This document shows positions 1 to 9,828 of a stretch of 64,000 nucleotides of DNA, piece by piece. Source of the stretch: Anaerolineae bacterium. GTDB lineage: Bacteria; Chloroflexota; Anaerolineae; Aggregatilineales; Phototrophicaceae. The stretch covers positions 156,918 through 220,917 of the forward strand of contig JAFLCG010000002.1 in NCBI GenBank assembly GCA_017303635.1. The letters are read 5' to 3'. Within the stretch, counting starts at the first letter, position 1. Each line of letters begins with the position of its first letter. The notes under the pieces were generated by a model. The model was not told where the DNA came from, made no database searches, and worked only from the letters and a program-made list of their open reading frames with translations. The translations under genes were made by a program, and so were the position numbers.

Positions 1-273
1 AGCGGCATGAACGGGTGTGAGGAAACCGGGGGCCTCTAACGCCTGAATGAGCGTGTCGACGGCGCGGTAATCCTTCAACTGCCCCAGCATCAAGGCGGCT
101 CGACCACGGGTAATGAGGTCTTCGTAGTCATTGCGGACGGTCATGATGAGGGCACGTAGGGCATCATCGCCACCGATCATGCCGAGCTTCATCACGGCAG
201 CACGGCGGCGTTCTTTGTCAAAGCTGCGGAGGTCACCAAGCAGTTGACGGATGAGTTTGGGTTCTGGTTCCAC
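1..273 (-). CDS. HEAT-repeat (PBS-lyase-like) protein, N-terminal part; gene runs off the left edge
   Basis: Open minus-strand frame from GTG (273) to the window edge. My translation is VEPEPKLIRQLLGDLRSFDKERRRAAVMKLGMIGGDDALRALIMTVRNDYEDLITRGRAALMLGQLKDYRAVDTLIQALE, which shows two HEAT-like repeats. Confidence 0.45.
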   Translation of the reverse strand, partial: MEPEPKLIRQLLGDLRSFDKERRRAAVMKLGMIGGDDALRALIMTVRNDYEDLITRGRAALMLGQLKDYRAVDTLIQALEAPGFLTPVHAA

Positions 274-350
274 GATTGCTGAACCTTTTCGACTATAAGT
301 GCGGGCGTTCAGATCAGCAAACTATTTACAAACGATTATGGCCGAAAACT

Positions 351-1079
351 TTACATTGTGCTAACGCCGTGTGGTGCCACCATCGTCGACACCAGTTTAC
401 CCTCATGAATACGGAAAACCCGATCTGCCAGCGGCACAATCTCGGGATTGTGGGTTGCCATGATGAGGGTCTTGCCCGCGTCACGCGTCAGTTCAAGCAG
501 GAGCTTTAGTACAGATTGCCCTGTATCTTCGTCTAAATTGCCGGTTGGTTCATCAGCCAGCACCAGCTTGGGTTCATGCGCCAGCGCTCGCGCAATCGCC
601 ACCCGCTGCTGCTCGCCACCGCTCAGTCGGTCCGGGAATGTATCCGCGCGATTAGCCAGGCCCACTCGGTCCAGCAGGGCTTTGGCGCGCTGTTCCAGCA
701 ATCGGCGTTCATCGCCGCGCAGTTCACCGGGCAGGGTGATGTTTTCCAAAACTGTCAATGTCGGGATGAGGTTGAAAAACTGAAAAACGATCCCGATATG
801 GTCACGGCGGAACAAGGTCAGCGCCCGATCATCCAGTTTGGTGACATCGGTGTTTTCGATCAGAATGCTGCCGGAATCTGCCCGATCAATACCACTGATG
901 AGGTTGAGGAGCGTGCTCTTACCGCTGCCACTTTTGCCCAGCAGGACGAAGAATTCCCCTTGATTGATGTTCAGGTTGACTTCGTGCAGCACCTGGCGGG
1001 ATTGCGCGCCTTCTTCATAGCGGCGCGTCAGACCAGAGATTTCGACCAGGATTTTAGCAGGGGAACCATTGGTATACAT
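351..1079 (-). CDS. ABC transporter ATP-binding protein (LolD/MacB/FtsE-like)
   Basis: Walker [13 protein letters not shown] signature LSGGEQQR, Walker B LVLADEPT and H-loop ATHN. Confidence 0.9.
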   Translation of the reverse strand: MYTNGSPAKILVEISGLTRRYEEGAQSRQVLHEVNLNINQGEFFVLLGKSGSGKSTLLNLISGIDRADSGSILIENTDVTKLDDRALTLFRRDHIGIVFQFFNLIPTLTVLENITLPGELRGDERRLLEQRAKALLDRVGLANRADTFPDRLSGGEQQRVAIARALAHEPKLVLADEPTGNLDEDTGQSVLKLLLELTRDAGKTLIMATHNPEIVPLADRVFRIHEGKLVSTMVAPHGVSTM

Positions 1080-1321
1080 GGTTTGTCGTTACGCGCTTGT
1101 TCGCTTCTTCACAAAGGCTATTGTATCATAGCGCCATTCCGGCTGATGACCGGCTCATGAGTCTTCCCTAAAGATTAGTTTAAGGTTGAACAAAGCTTCT
1201 TTCACGTAAGGATTCGTCAGCAGAATGTGTTACACTCAATCTCAATATCTGTTATAGATCTTTACTGATACCGTCGGCTTTAAGCCGGTTGGTTGTACCG
1301 CAGGCTGGAGGACATCGTACC

Positions 1322-1957
1322 ATGCCCCCTGAACGCAGCGGCTTTTACTACCCGAATAAGTTTGCGCGGATCTTCCTCGACGCGATGGAAGAAGTGATGG
1401 GCAAGAACGGCGTCAACGCCGTCCTGCATCTGGCGCAGCTCGATCAACTGATTGGCAACTACCCGTCGGAGAATCTGGAGAAAGCCTTCGACTTCGCGGA
1501 TTTCACCGCGTTGTGCGTAGCGCTGGAAGAGATGTACGGGCCGCGTGGTGGTCGTGGTCTGGCGCTGCGTGTCGGGCGAACCCTGTTCGCGGATGCGCTG
1601 CGCGGCTTCGGAGCGTTGGCGGGGGTGGGCGATCTAGCCTTCAAGGTGCTGCCGTTGAGCGCCAAGCTCAAGGTCGGCATTCCGGCGATGGCGAATATCT
1701 TCAGCCAGTTCAGCGACCAGGTGTCCAACGTGTACGAAGAAGGCGATGACCGCTTCATCTACACGCTGGAACGCTGCCCGATGTGCTGGGGGCGGAAGGT
1801 GCCGGATCGAGCCGTGTGTTTTGTCGGGCAAGGGCTGTTACAAGAGGGGCTGCGATGGGTGAGCGGTGGCCGTGAATTCAAGGTCGACCTGGGCGACTGC
1901 ATCGCCAAGGGCGACAAGATCGGCAAGTACATCATCTACAAAGAGCCGATTGAGTAG
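1322..1957 (+). CDS. V4R (4-vinyl reductase-like) domain protein
   Basis: ATG at 1322 is preceded by GGAGG. The C-terminus LERCPMCWGRK..AVCFVGQGLLQEGLRWVSGG..DCIAKGD fits the V4R Cys pattern. The track ORF starts earlier, at TTG 1289. Confidence 0.55.
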   Translation: MPPERSGFYYPNKFARIFLDAMEEVMGKNGVNAVLHLAQLDQLIGNYPSENLEKAFDFADFTALCVALEEMYGPRGGRGLALRVGRTLFADALRGFGALAGVGDLAFKVLPLSAKLKVGIPAMANIFSQFSDQVSNVYEEGDDRFIYTLERCPMCWGRKVPDRAVCFVGQGLLQEGLRWVSGGREFKVDLGDCIAKGDKIGKYIIYKEPIE

Positions 1958-2062
1958 CTTGGCAGCTTACACGGGTTATAGATGGCAAAAAAAGCGCATT
2001 GCAACATGCGCTTTTTCATTCGGCGTTGAAAATCACCCCGGCTCAGGGTACAACTCAGCACC

Positions 2063-3052
2063 ATGATGCCTACTCCCTCCCCCCTCCGCCGCTGGACTGT
2101 CGCGCTCATCGCCTTATGCATCTTATGCACCCTGCTGGGTGGATTAATGTTGACCGCCGCGCAGGAGGTCACGCCCACACCCGCTATACCGGCAGACGCT
2201 ACGCCGACCATCACGCCGGTGCCGCGACCGCTGCCCGTGAGTACGCAAGTGGTGGAGGCCGCGACGGTTGAGTTCTTCTTCGCCGAGATTCCACAGGGCG
2301 GTACGGGACTCTTCTATGTCAACGCGGCCAATCTACAGGGCGTTCAGGCGGTCTTCCTCGACCATACCAGCGAACTCTGGTCAGCCGGGAACGACGGATT
2401 TTACGGGTTTCTTTCCGCCAGCATGGAACAAACCCCGCGCCAGTACGACCTCGACCTGCTCCTCTGGTATGCGGATGGCACCCGCCAGAGCATTCAGCTC
2501 CCCGTAACGGTCAGTCTGGGTCAGTTCCTGCGGCAGGATGTGAACATCACCGGGGATAAAGCCTATCTGGTTGACCCGACCATTGAACGGGCCGAACTCG
2601 CCCGGTTGGACGGGGTCTTCGCGCCGTTCACGCTCGAACATTTCTGGGATGAACAGGGCTTTGACCTGCCCATCCCTGGTGGTGAACTGACTTCGGCTTT
2701 CGGGGCCTTCCGCACCTTCAACGGCTCGATGCAAAGCCGCCATACCGGGTGGGATCTAAAAGCCAGCCTCGGTCAACCGATTCTGGCCGCAGCGGATGGG
2801 AAGGTGGCCTTCACTGGCACCCTGGAAATTCGCGGCGGTTTTGTCGCCGTCGATCATGGCTATGGGGTCTACAGCACCTACAGCCATTTCCAGCAGGTGC
2901 ATGTTACCCAGGGGCAGAGCATCGTACAGGGTCAAGTCCTCGGCACCGTCGGCGCGACTGGACGCACCAGCGGCCCGCATTTCCACTGGGAAATCGCGGT
3001 CAACGGCGTCTTTGTGGATGCCGCGCAATTCCTCAATCTATGGAAACCCTAG
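2063..3052 (+). CDS. M23 family metallopeptidase (LytM-like), membrane-anchored
   Basis: N-terminal TM segment. M23 motifs HTGWDL, VDHGYGVYSTYSH and GPHFHWEI are present. Confidence 0.85.
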   Translation: MMPTPSPLRRWTVALIALCILCTLLGGLMLTAAQEVTPTPAIPADATPTITPVPRPLPVSTQVVEAATVEFFFAEIPQGGTGLFYVNAANLQGVQAVFLDHTSELWSAGNDGFYGFLSASMEQTPRQYDLDLLLWYADGTRQSIQLPVTVSLGQFLRQDVNITGDKAYLVDPTIERAELARLDGVFAPFTLEHFWDEQGFDLPIPGGELTSAFGAFRTFNGSMQSRHTGWDLKASLGQPILAAADGKVAFTGTLEIRGGFVAVDHGYGVYSTYSHFQQVHVTQGQSIVQGQVLGTVGATGRTSGPHFHWEIAVNGVFVDAAQFLNLWKP

Positions 3053-3073
3053 CGGCGGTTATGCACTTTGATG

Positions 3074-3163
3074 CCCTCACCCTAAATCCCTCTCCCACTG
3101 GGAGAGGGACTTTTGAACCCGCCTCCCCTTCTCCCGCCGGGAGAAGGGGAGGCGGGATGAGGG
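3074..3163. repeat. Nested-hairpin intergenic repeat (CCCTCTCCC/GGGAGAGGG type), probably also the terminator of the M23 gene
   Basis: Hairpins ccctctccc-actg-ggagaggg (3088-3108) and gcctccccttctcccg-ccg-ggagaaggggaggc (3121-3153) are enclosed by ccctcaccc...gggatgaggg. It is related in motif to the elements at 32.9, 59.5 and 62.4 kb. Confidence 0.6.
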
Positions 3164-3213
3164 TTGCATGGAAGGAAAGTTGATAACACGCTCTAGACGT
3201 TCGAGCAAACGGT

Positions 3214-3729
3214 TCAACCATCGAAGACGAACCAGCAGTACGGATTGCGTAAACGCTGGTCATCCAGCACCAGTTCCCGAATAGCATCGGGGAGTTGGTC
3301 GCGCTGCCACTGGCATTCCCGGCGACCGGCTTCCTGGCGTTCCGCTTCCGGGGCAGCGGCCCGCGCTGCCCGGATGGCATAGGCGGCAGCACCCAGGTCA
3401 TGCGCGGCTACATGCGCCACCACCGCAGCCTGACCAGCAGCGAATGCAGCTTCTCTGGCCGCGCCTCTCAAGCTGCGGGCCGCACCCATTGCATGACCGC
3501 CAGCAGCGCGGGCCTGCATCATACTCACTTCACCCCGCACCCAACCGCGCACCTGCTCAAGCGCCCGACGCGGACGATCATCAGCGGGCTGCACCTGTTC
3601 GAACAACGGGAGCACGTGCTCCGCACAAGCGGCCGCCCACAGAGCCAACAGGTGATGATCGGCATCCTGCAGGGTGCCGCCGCGCCGCACAGTAATCAAC
3701 CGGGGGTCAGGGACTTTGCTGAAAATCAT
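3214..3729 (-). CDS. Helical Ala-rich protein, Imm-5-like putative immunity family
   Basis: Start ATG at 3729 (MIFSKV...). The motif HHLLALWAAACAEHVLPLFE..DDRPRRALEQVRGWVRGE recalls the putative-immunity (Imm-5-like) family. The longer track ORF (to 3927) overlaps the upstream gene. Confidence 0.4.
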   Translation of the reverse strand: MIFSKVPDPRLITVRRGGTLQDADHHLLALWAAACAEHVLPLFEQVQPADDRPRRALEQVRGWVRGEVSMMQARAAGGHAMGAARSLRGAAREAAFAAGQAAVVAHVAAHDLGAAAYAIRAARAAAPEAERQEAGRRECQWQRDQLPDAIRELVLDDQRLRNPYCWFVFDG

Positions 3730-3733
3730 GAGC

Positions 3734-4774
3734 CTATAAATGGAGCAGCTTAGCGACAGGAACCTCGCTGGTATCCCACAATTCGAGCCGCCCGTTCTCA
3801 CGTGCGATGGCCAAAAGTGAACCTGCTGGATACCAATCCATCCACACGATTTCATCCTGACTGAGGAGGCGTGCGAGGATTTCCCCGGTGTTGGCGTCAA
3901 TAAAGTGGACTTGCCCGATGAATACACCGATTAAAACTGTTTCATCAGTGTTCCACTTGATGACCTTATAACCGTCCCCTAGTTCATTCAAAATGCTGAA
4001 CCGATTGACTTGCTCCATAGTCTGGGTGTCGTATATCTCGATCTCAGGTGTGCTAAGGGCTAGCCGATCACCTTGCCAATCCATCGCCGGAATTGCCCCA
4101 CTCACAAACAGGGTAGAAAAAGTTCCAGTGGCTATATCCAGGCTAAAGATAGCAGGTAAGTCTAAGCAGAGTGGTTCAACAGATACACACGCATTAGCAA
4201 CTGCCAGCACCTGCCGACTATCGGGACTCCATTCCATCATGATCCAGGGGAATTGATAGTCCGATTCGTAGATCTCGGATGTCCAGTCAGCGGTATCCCA
4301 TATGCGGATTTTGCCGAGCGTTGCATTGAACTGCCTCGGTTGTCGTTCGATCATCTCAGCCAGATATAGTCCATTCGGACTCCATGCGACCGGATTGACA
4401 AAGCGATCTGCCCCACCCACATACAAAGTACGCTCCAACACTACCTCGTTAGTAGTGAGATTCCGCGACCAGATGCGGATGGTGCCATCTCTTGCGCCGG
4501 TAGCAAAGCCAGTACTATCCGGCTTCCATGAGATAAATCCTACCTCACCGCTATGTCCCTCTGGTGTGGCGACTAACTGCAAGCCGGAGTCCATGATCTG
4601 AAGGCCGAGACTGCTGCCAACAGCCAACAATTCCCCATCGGGGCTCCAAACCACGCGATAGATTTTTGATTCGAGAGTGATTTCCACCAATGAGGTCTGG
4701 GCAGAAGAGGTCAGTGGAAAGATCACCAAAAGTAACATGAAGCTCAAAATCAGGGTAAGTCGTCGGAGGGGCAT
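3734..4774 (-). CDS. Secreted WD40/PD40-like beta-propeller protein
   Basis: Signal peptide MPLRRLTLILSFMLLLVIFPLTSSAQT. Repeated WSPDG / WKPDS / GARDGTIRIW / WSPNG / WSPDS blades. Visibly AT-richer than its neighbours. Confidence 0.7.
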   Translation of the reverse strand: MPLRRLTLILSFMLLLVIFPLTSSAQTSLVEITLESKIYRVVWSPDGELLAVGSSLGLQIMDSGLQLVATPEGHSGEVGFISWKPDSTGFATGARDGTIRIWSRNLTTNEVVLERTLYVGGADRFVNPVAWSPNGLYLAEMIERQPRQFNATLGKIRIWDTADWTSEIYESDYQFPWIMMEWSPDSRQVLAVANACVSVEPLCLDLPAIFSLDIATGTFSTLFVSGAIPAMDWQGDRLALSTPEIEIYDTQTMEQVNRFSILNELGDGYKVIKWNTDETVLIGVFIGQVHFIDANTGEILARLLSQDEIVWMDWYPAGSLLAIARENGRLELWDTSEVPVAKLLHL

Positions 4775-4864
4775 AATGCGCCTTCCTGCCGGGATACGAT
4801 CTCACCCTGATTGAAAACCATCGAATAGCTTTAGGCAACCTATGTTTACCCTACGCTAAGCGTA

Positions 4865-5926
4865 TTAGCCCGCTTCCAGCGCGTCTACGATTCTTTCCCC
4901 CACACCCACTGCGCCATAGAAATCCGGGTGGTCAGCGGGCGGAGGAGCCAGAGCTGCGCTGACCGCCGCCTTAAAATCTTCCGGCTCGGTCAGGCGGTTC
5001 CAACCACTATGAACGGTTTCGATCCATTCAGTCGTATCGCGAACGGTCACACCGGGCCGGTGGAGCATGTAGGCTTCTTTTTGCAGGCCGCCGCTGTCCG
5101 TCACCACAATCCGGCAGGCATCCAGCAGCGCGATCATCTCCAGAAAACCGATGGGTTCCAGCGTGCGGACGTTACCCCCAAAGGCCAGGCCAAACTCGGT
5201 CATCATCTTGCCCAGGCGCGGATGCACTGGCAGCACGACCGGCAGTTCCAGCGTGTTGAAGGCGTCGATGATGGCCTTCAGGCGGACGGGATCATCGGTA
5301 TTGCTGGCGCGGTGGATGGTCGCCAGGGCGAACGGTTCACCGGCTTTGAGCTTGGTCTGGTCGAGCAGGCGTGGTTGTTCGTCGCGGGAGCGTGGGACCG
5401 TCTGGGTGACGACATCCACCCGCACATCCCCGACCAGTTTCACACCTTGGGTGATGCCCTCTTTCGCCAGATTATCGACGGCGGCCTGGGTCGGCGGCAG
5501 CAGCAGCGTGCTGATGTGGTCGGTCATGACCCGGTTGACTTCTTCCGGCATTTTGCGGTCATAGCTTCGCAAACCCGCTTCGATATGCGCCACCGGGATA
5601 TGGAGCTTGGCAGCGGCCAACGCCCCGCCGATGGTGGAATTGGTATCGCCAAAGACCACCACCCAATCCGGCTTTTCCCGCAGCATGGCAGCTTCTGCCC
5701 GTGCCAGGATTTCCCCGGTCTGTTTACCGTGCGAGCCGCTGCCCACATCCAGGTTGATCTCCGGCGCGGGAATGCCCAGATCACGGAAAAAGACATCGGA
5801 CATTTTATCGTCGTAGTGCTGGCCGGTATGGACGAGGATTTCAGTGTGGCGACGGCGGATGGCTTTGGTCACAGGCGCGGTCTGAATGAACTCCGGACGC
5901 GCCCCAACGATGGTCATGATTTTCAT
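4865..5926 (-). CDS. wecB: UDP-N-acetylglucosamine 2-epimerase (non-hydrolysing)
   Basis: MKIMTIVGARPEFIQ..., HTGQHYD, GDTNST and HIEAGLRS are the classic WecB/MnaA motifs. Confidence 0.9.
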   Translation of the reverse strand: MKIMTIVGARPEFIQTAPVTKAIRRRHTEILVHTGQHYDDKMSDVFFRDLGIPAPEINLDVGSGSHGKQTGEILARAEAAMLREKPDWVVVFGDTNSTIGGALAAAKLHIPVAHIEAGLRSYDRKMPEEVNRVMTDHISTLLLPPTQAAVDNLAKEGITQGVKLVGDVRVDVVTQTVPRSRDEQPRLLDQTKLKAGEPFALATIHRASNTDDPVRLKAIIDAFNTLELPVVLPVHPRLGKMMTEFGLAFGGNVRTLEPIGFLEMIALLDACRIVVTDSGGLQKEAYMLHRPGVTVRDTTEWIETVHSGWNRLTEPEDFKAAVSAALAPPPADHPDFYGAVGVGERIVDALEAG

Positions 5927-6046
5927 CAGATTTTCCCGGTATGAGGTGTGGGTGCGTCGGCTGGCACCCAGACGTTAGCTAATATTCGCTTCCGAGCATA
6001 AAGTGCCTCACCTAAAGTGAGACTTGCACAGCCGGTTCGGAAGGCG

Positions 6047-7849
6047 CTAACGACTGAGTCCAAACCTACCCCTCAGCCCTGTGATGATCGCCAGCCCCAG
6101 CATCCCCATGCTGATGAGGAGGGCACTCCCCAACAGATAGAGGTGGTTGGAGGTGCGGTCAACCACGGTGACCGAGTCCACCCGTACCTGACCATCACCA
6201 GCAGTCCCAGGGCAGATCAGCCAGCGATGCGTTTGCGGCAGGAGTGAATTGGCCTCCGGCACGCCGACATTCACCCAGCCTTCCTGACCATGCATGGCTC
6301 CGCGCAGATCCAGAAGGCGTTCATTCATGGAAAGCACAAAAGAGGTGCCTTCATCACGCCACAGGCGCAGCCGCACACCGGTGCCGTGGGTGATGAACGC
6401 CACATGTTCCCCACAATCCGCCGCGTCGCTGGTGGCGGCCAACAGGATAGCCTGGTCAAACTCCGCCCCCTCGGCATCAACCAGCGGCGCGCCACCGGCT
6501 CGTTCGATAGCCCAGTCTTCGGCCTGATGCACCCCGGCGTAGAGGGTGGGGGTCAGGTTCGCGGTGTACTCCACCATCGCGTCGTAGACGGGCAGCGGCG
6601 TGAAGTCCGGTTCCATCATGCGGAAGTAGTAAAACGCCTGGTTGCGTTCATAATCCGCCGCCCGCTTGAAGAACCAGTAGCTGATATTGCCGAGCCAGGG
6701 CCATTCTTCCTGGGCGCGCTGATAGGCGATCGGCATATAACGGGCGGCCTGTTCCGGCGTGACGATGCCGAAGTTGCCATATTGTGAAGTGACGATAGAG
6801 GGATCTTCCGGTTGGGCGTTCCAGGCAGCTTCGCTGATCCAGATGGATTTGTGGGCATCACCGTAAGCGACCATGATGTCCCGGATATACAGGTGGCGGG
6901 CATAGGTCAGGGTGAAGGGGCGCATCCGGCGGTCGGTCGGGCCGCTGTAGAAGCCATAGCCCTGCGCGCTCATGACATCGAAGCAGCGCCCGGCCCCGGC
7001 CTCGTACATCCGCACCAGAAAAATGAAATCATTCAGGTTCCGGTCGGTCAGGGAGACGGTGGGCGAAAGCGGCCCGCTGATGACCACAATGTTCGGGTCA
7101 ACCGCTTTGAGGGCATCATGGGCGCGGCAGAGCAGCTCGGTATAGCCTTCCGGGCTGACGGCCTGTTCACCCCATTCCGGGTAGATGTTCGGCTCATTCC
7201 AGATCTGGTAATAACGAATGCGGCCCCGGTAGCGTTCCGCCACCGCCGCGACGTAGTTGACGTAATCCTGCAGGTCATCCGGCGGGGCAAAGGAGCCAAT
7301 GGCTGGATCGGCATGAGTCCAGGCCGGGGGGTTATCCAGCCGCGCCTGAATCGTGATGCCGTACTGATCAGCCAGATCAACAATATTGTCGTACTTGGCC
7401 CAGGCGCTGATCTCGTCAGGGGTGCCATCCCCGTTCAGATCGTTACGACGGTCGGTGAAGTCACCGCGCCCGTGAATTTCAATATCTTCCCAGGGGAACT
7501 GCTGGCGGATCATGGTGAAGCCCGCCTCCCGGATCAGTTCCAGAGTGCGCTCCCGCTTTGCGACTTCGACTTCCTGCTGGAGGAACGTGTTAATGCCAAA
7601 CGGGCTGACATCCGCATGATTGATGGGAGTCATCGGCTGGGTATCGGGTTGGGCGCGGATGTAGTTGCCGAGATAGTAGACGAAGCCCAGCGCCTGGCTG
7701 GCCGGGTCTTCTTCCCCGGTCAAATACCATAGTCCCTGCCAGACGAGGCCGCGATTGGTGAGGTCAAGCACCAGCGCGATGCCCAGCAGCAGGACAACAA
7801 CGAGAAGGATCAACCAGCGGGGACGGCGAGAGGAAGTCATGTTTATCAT
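6047..7849 (-). CDS. Membrane-anchored clan GH-A glycoside hydrolase (GH5/GH39-like)
   Basis: N-terminal TM (RRPRWLILLVVVLLLGIALV). TIM-barrel style FGINTF..., IRQQFPWEDIE and the acid/base motif YYQIWNEPN. Start chosen at ATG 7849 (or 7840), because the longer ORF overlaps the divergent GNAT gene. Confidence 0.7.
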   Translation of the reverse strand: MINMTSSRRPRWLILLVVVLLLGIALVLDLTNRGLVWQGLWYLTGEEDPASQALGFVYYLGNYIRAQPDTQPMTPINHADVSPFGINTFLQQEVEVAKRERTLELIREAGFTMIRQQFPWEDIEIHGRGDFTDRRNDLNGDGTPDEISAWAKYDNIVDLADQYGITIQARLDNPPAWTHADPAIGSFAPPDDLQDYVNYVAAVAERYRGRIRYYQIWNEPNIYPEWGEQAVSPEGYTELLCRAHDALKAVDPNIVVISGPLSPTVSLTDRNLNDFIFLVRMYEAGAGRCFDVMSAQGYGFYSGPTDRRMRPFTLTYARHLYIRDIMVAYGDAHKSIWISEAAWNAQPEDPSIVTSQYGNFGIVTPEQAARYMPIAYQRAQEEWPWLGNISYWFFKRAADYERNQAFYYFRMMEPDFTPLPVYDAMVEYTANLTPTLYAGVHQAEDWAIERAGGAPLVDAEGAEFDQAILLAATSDAADCGEHVAFITHGTGVRLRLWRDEGTSFVLSMNERLLDLRGAMHGQEGWVNVGVPEANSLLPQTHRWLICPGTAGDGQVRVDSVTVVDRTSNHLYLLGSALLISMGMLGLAIITGLRGRFGLSR

Positions 7850-7908
7850 AAAGCGGATTATACTGAGGGTCTGGGGGAGATTGTTAGGGGTTTGAAGGAC
7901 GAACCGGC

Positions 7909-8385
7909 ATGATGCTTGAATTCCAACCCGCGGCGCTGGCAGATGCACCCGCTCTGGTGCTGGCCCAGGTGGCGGCTTTCCACCATGACTCGGTGCTCTA
8001 TCCGGGTGTCGAAGTCGGTGGGCCGCCCGGTTACGAGTCGGTGGAGGTGATGCAGGCGAAAATCATGCGGGATGACGCCTTCAGTTTCTGGCTGGACGGG
8101 CAGATTGTGGGCGGCATGGTGATCTATGACCAGGGCAGCGGTCACTATCATCTGGATGTGATCTTCATTCACCCGGATTATCATAACCAGGGGATCGGGT
8201 CACAGGCGCTGCGCTTTTTGGATGCCACCTATCCGGCAGCGCGGCTGTGGACTCTCAACACCCCGGCCTGGGCGATCCGCAACCAGCATTTTTACGAAAA
8301 ATTCGGCTATGTGAAGGTCAGCGAGAGCGAATGGGAAGGCTTTCCCCTATTCGATTACGAACGGTATGTCCAGCGCCCTGATTGA
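7909..8385 (+). CDS. GNAT family N-acetyltransferase
   Basis: Acetyl-CoA binding motif IHPDYHNQGIGSQALRFL and the C-terminal FYEKFGY. Confidence 0.85.
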   Translation: MMLEFQPAALADAPALVLAQVAAFHHDSVLYPGVEVGGPPGYESVEVMQAKIMRDDAFSFWLDGQIVGGMVIYDQGSGHYHLDVIFIHPDYHNQGIGSQALRFLDATYPAARLWTLNTPAWAIRNQHFYEKFGYVKVSESEWEGFPLFDYERYVQRPD

Positions 8386-8437
8386 GCCGGTAGCAGCAGG
8401 CCTCTATTTATCCCTTATGACTTAGTGACATTTATTT

Positions 8438-8463
8438 GTAGGGACGCGCCGTTGCGCGTCTGC
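8438..8463 (+). repeat. REP-like hairpin with 5' GTAG
   Basis: GTAGGGACGCGCCGTTGCGCGTC. Same family as the elements at 17108, 18176 and 43.7-44.3 kb. Confidence 0.65.
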
Positions 8464-8501
8464 CTGATTTACGCAAGTCCTATCCACAAGAAACGAGGTC
8501 T

Positions 8502-9233
8502 ATGTTGGTCAATGCACATGCAGTCATTCGGCGTTTAGTGGGGGCGGGTCTCATTCTGGCGGCGATCTTTGGGGTGCTGGGTGGGGCAGCGCTCTCACAG
8601 GAAGAACATCCAACCGGCGAACGGGCGGAATCCAGCCGACCCAGTCCGATTGCGTTAAATCCGGCGGCGGGTGCCGAGGTCGGTTTTGTCTACGAAGCGT
8701 TTATGAGTCCGCAACAGGAAGGCGGCGAGGAAGAAGATACCCCCGGTTTCGTTCCGGAAGTGTTCCGCTCCACCCAACCCTCCGTCCCGCGTAATCAGCG
8801 TCCATCACAGGGGCACGCAGTGATTGAGTTCACCAACGACCTCAGCCGTGCCTACGTGCATCTGGCGATTGAGAATGTCGATCCGGCCAGCGTGAACATG
8901 CTGCACCTGCACTGTGGGCGTCCGGGACAGTTGGGGCCGATCATCGTGGATTTTGCGCTGGCGGGGGACATCAATGCCTGGTTAGCGGATGGGCAGTTCA
9001 CCGTCGAGATTGTGAATGAGGATATTGTCGCGGCAGCCGCCCATGGAGATGGCTTGATCGGTGCGTTCACGGCAGGTTGCCCGATTGTGCCGACTATCCC
9101 CAATGACAAGGTTAAAACCATTGCCGGGATGGAATACATCGCCCGACAGGGTGAACTGTACTTTAACCTCCACACCTTCGCGCAGACCTACTTCGGGGAT
9201 ATGCGTGGTCAGTTCCATCTGGTGGCGGGATAA
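8502..9233 (+). CDS. CHRD domain protein with N-terminal signal/TM
   Basis: LHLHCGRPGQLGPIIVDF and the C-terminal GELYFNLHTFAQTYFGDMRGQF match the CHRD pattern (aHiH.G..G.nGpv...YvNvHT...GeiRGQ). Confidence 0.65.
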   Translation: MLVNAHAVIRRLVGAGLILAAIFGVLGGAALSQEEHPTGERAESSRPSPIALNPAAGAEVGFVYEAFMSPQQEGGEEEDTPGFVPEVFRSTQPSVPRNQRPSQGHAVIEFTNDLSRAYVHLAIENVDPASVNMLHLHCGRPGQLGPIIVDFALAGDINAWLADGQFTVEIVNEDIVAAAAHGDGLIGAFTAGCPIVPTIPNDKVKTIAGMEYIARQGELYFNLHTFAQTYFGDMRGQFHLVAG

Positions 9234-9426
9234 AGGTCACGGATTTAAGGCAGCGGGTACCTTCACTTTTCTATCATCCCATTTGACTCGCGCGCTCAAA
9301 CGCTTTACCGGGCAGAGACCGGATGAGGTCTTTGTCCGGTCATGCCAGCCCGATTGATTGCCGTTTCATACAAGACAACCGCGTACTGATACGGTTATCC
9401 TGTAGAAATCAGGCGGAGGAACCGGC

Positions 9427-9816
9427 ATGACACGACGAACCCAGGCCGTAACGGACTTCATCGAAAACCTCGATCATCCTCTAAAGCATGAAGTAGACAT
9501 GCTGAGAGCGATCATTCTGGCGGCGGATGAAGGCATTACTGAGCAGATCAAATGGAAAGCACCCAGCTTCTGCTATCAGGGGCAGGATCGCATAACCTTC
9601 AACTTGCACAAGAACGACCGTGTATTGATCGTCTTCCATAGGGGGGCCAAGGCAAAAGATAGCCAGGGCTTTCGCTTTGAAGACAGCACCGGCCTTTTGG
9701 AATGGGCGAGCGCCGACCGTGCCTTGCTGACTTTCCGCGACCAGGCCGATATTCAGGACAAGCAGGCGGCCTTGACGAACATTGTCAGCCATTGGATTCA
9801 TGCGACTACCGAATAG
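9427..9816 (+). CDS. DUF1801 (YdhG-like) domain protein
   Basis: ITEQIKWKAPSFCYQGQDRITFNLHKNDRVLIVFH is typical of DUF1801. Confidence 0.7.
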   Translation: MTRRTQAVTDFIENLDHPLKHEVDMLRAIILAADEGITEQIKWKAPSFCYQGQDRITFNLHKNDRVLIVFHRGAKAKDSQGFRFEDSTGLLEWASADRALLTFRDQADIQDKQAALTNIVSHWIHATTE

Positions 9817-9828
9817 TGGAATACTCAT

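Noticed and set aside
3730-3927. Upstream extension of the Imm-5-like ORF (track start 3927) and extensions of the ORFs starting at 18201, 7948, 43785 and 10444
   Set aside because: The extensions run into the preceding gene or through REP hairpins. Internal ATGs with RBS-like purine runs give starts consistent with family N-termini.
4928-5944. Long antisense ORFs in the track. Examples: 4928-5944, 6812-7732, 14358-15104, 30320-31873, 35593-37446, 37459-38151, 41610-42647, 46385-47218, 49931-50662, 52472-53650, 57090-58562, 22164-23018.
   Set aside because: Each lies opposite a gene with clear family motifs (wecB, GH, the fusion enzyme, Pat-like, clpC, nucleotidyltransferase, azlC, ABC ATPase, carB and others). 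Their translations are Arg/Gly/Pro/His-rich low-complexity sequence typical of GC-driven shadow frames.
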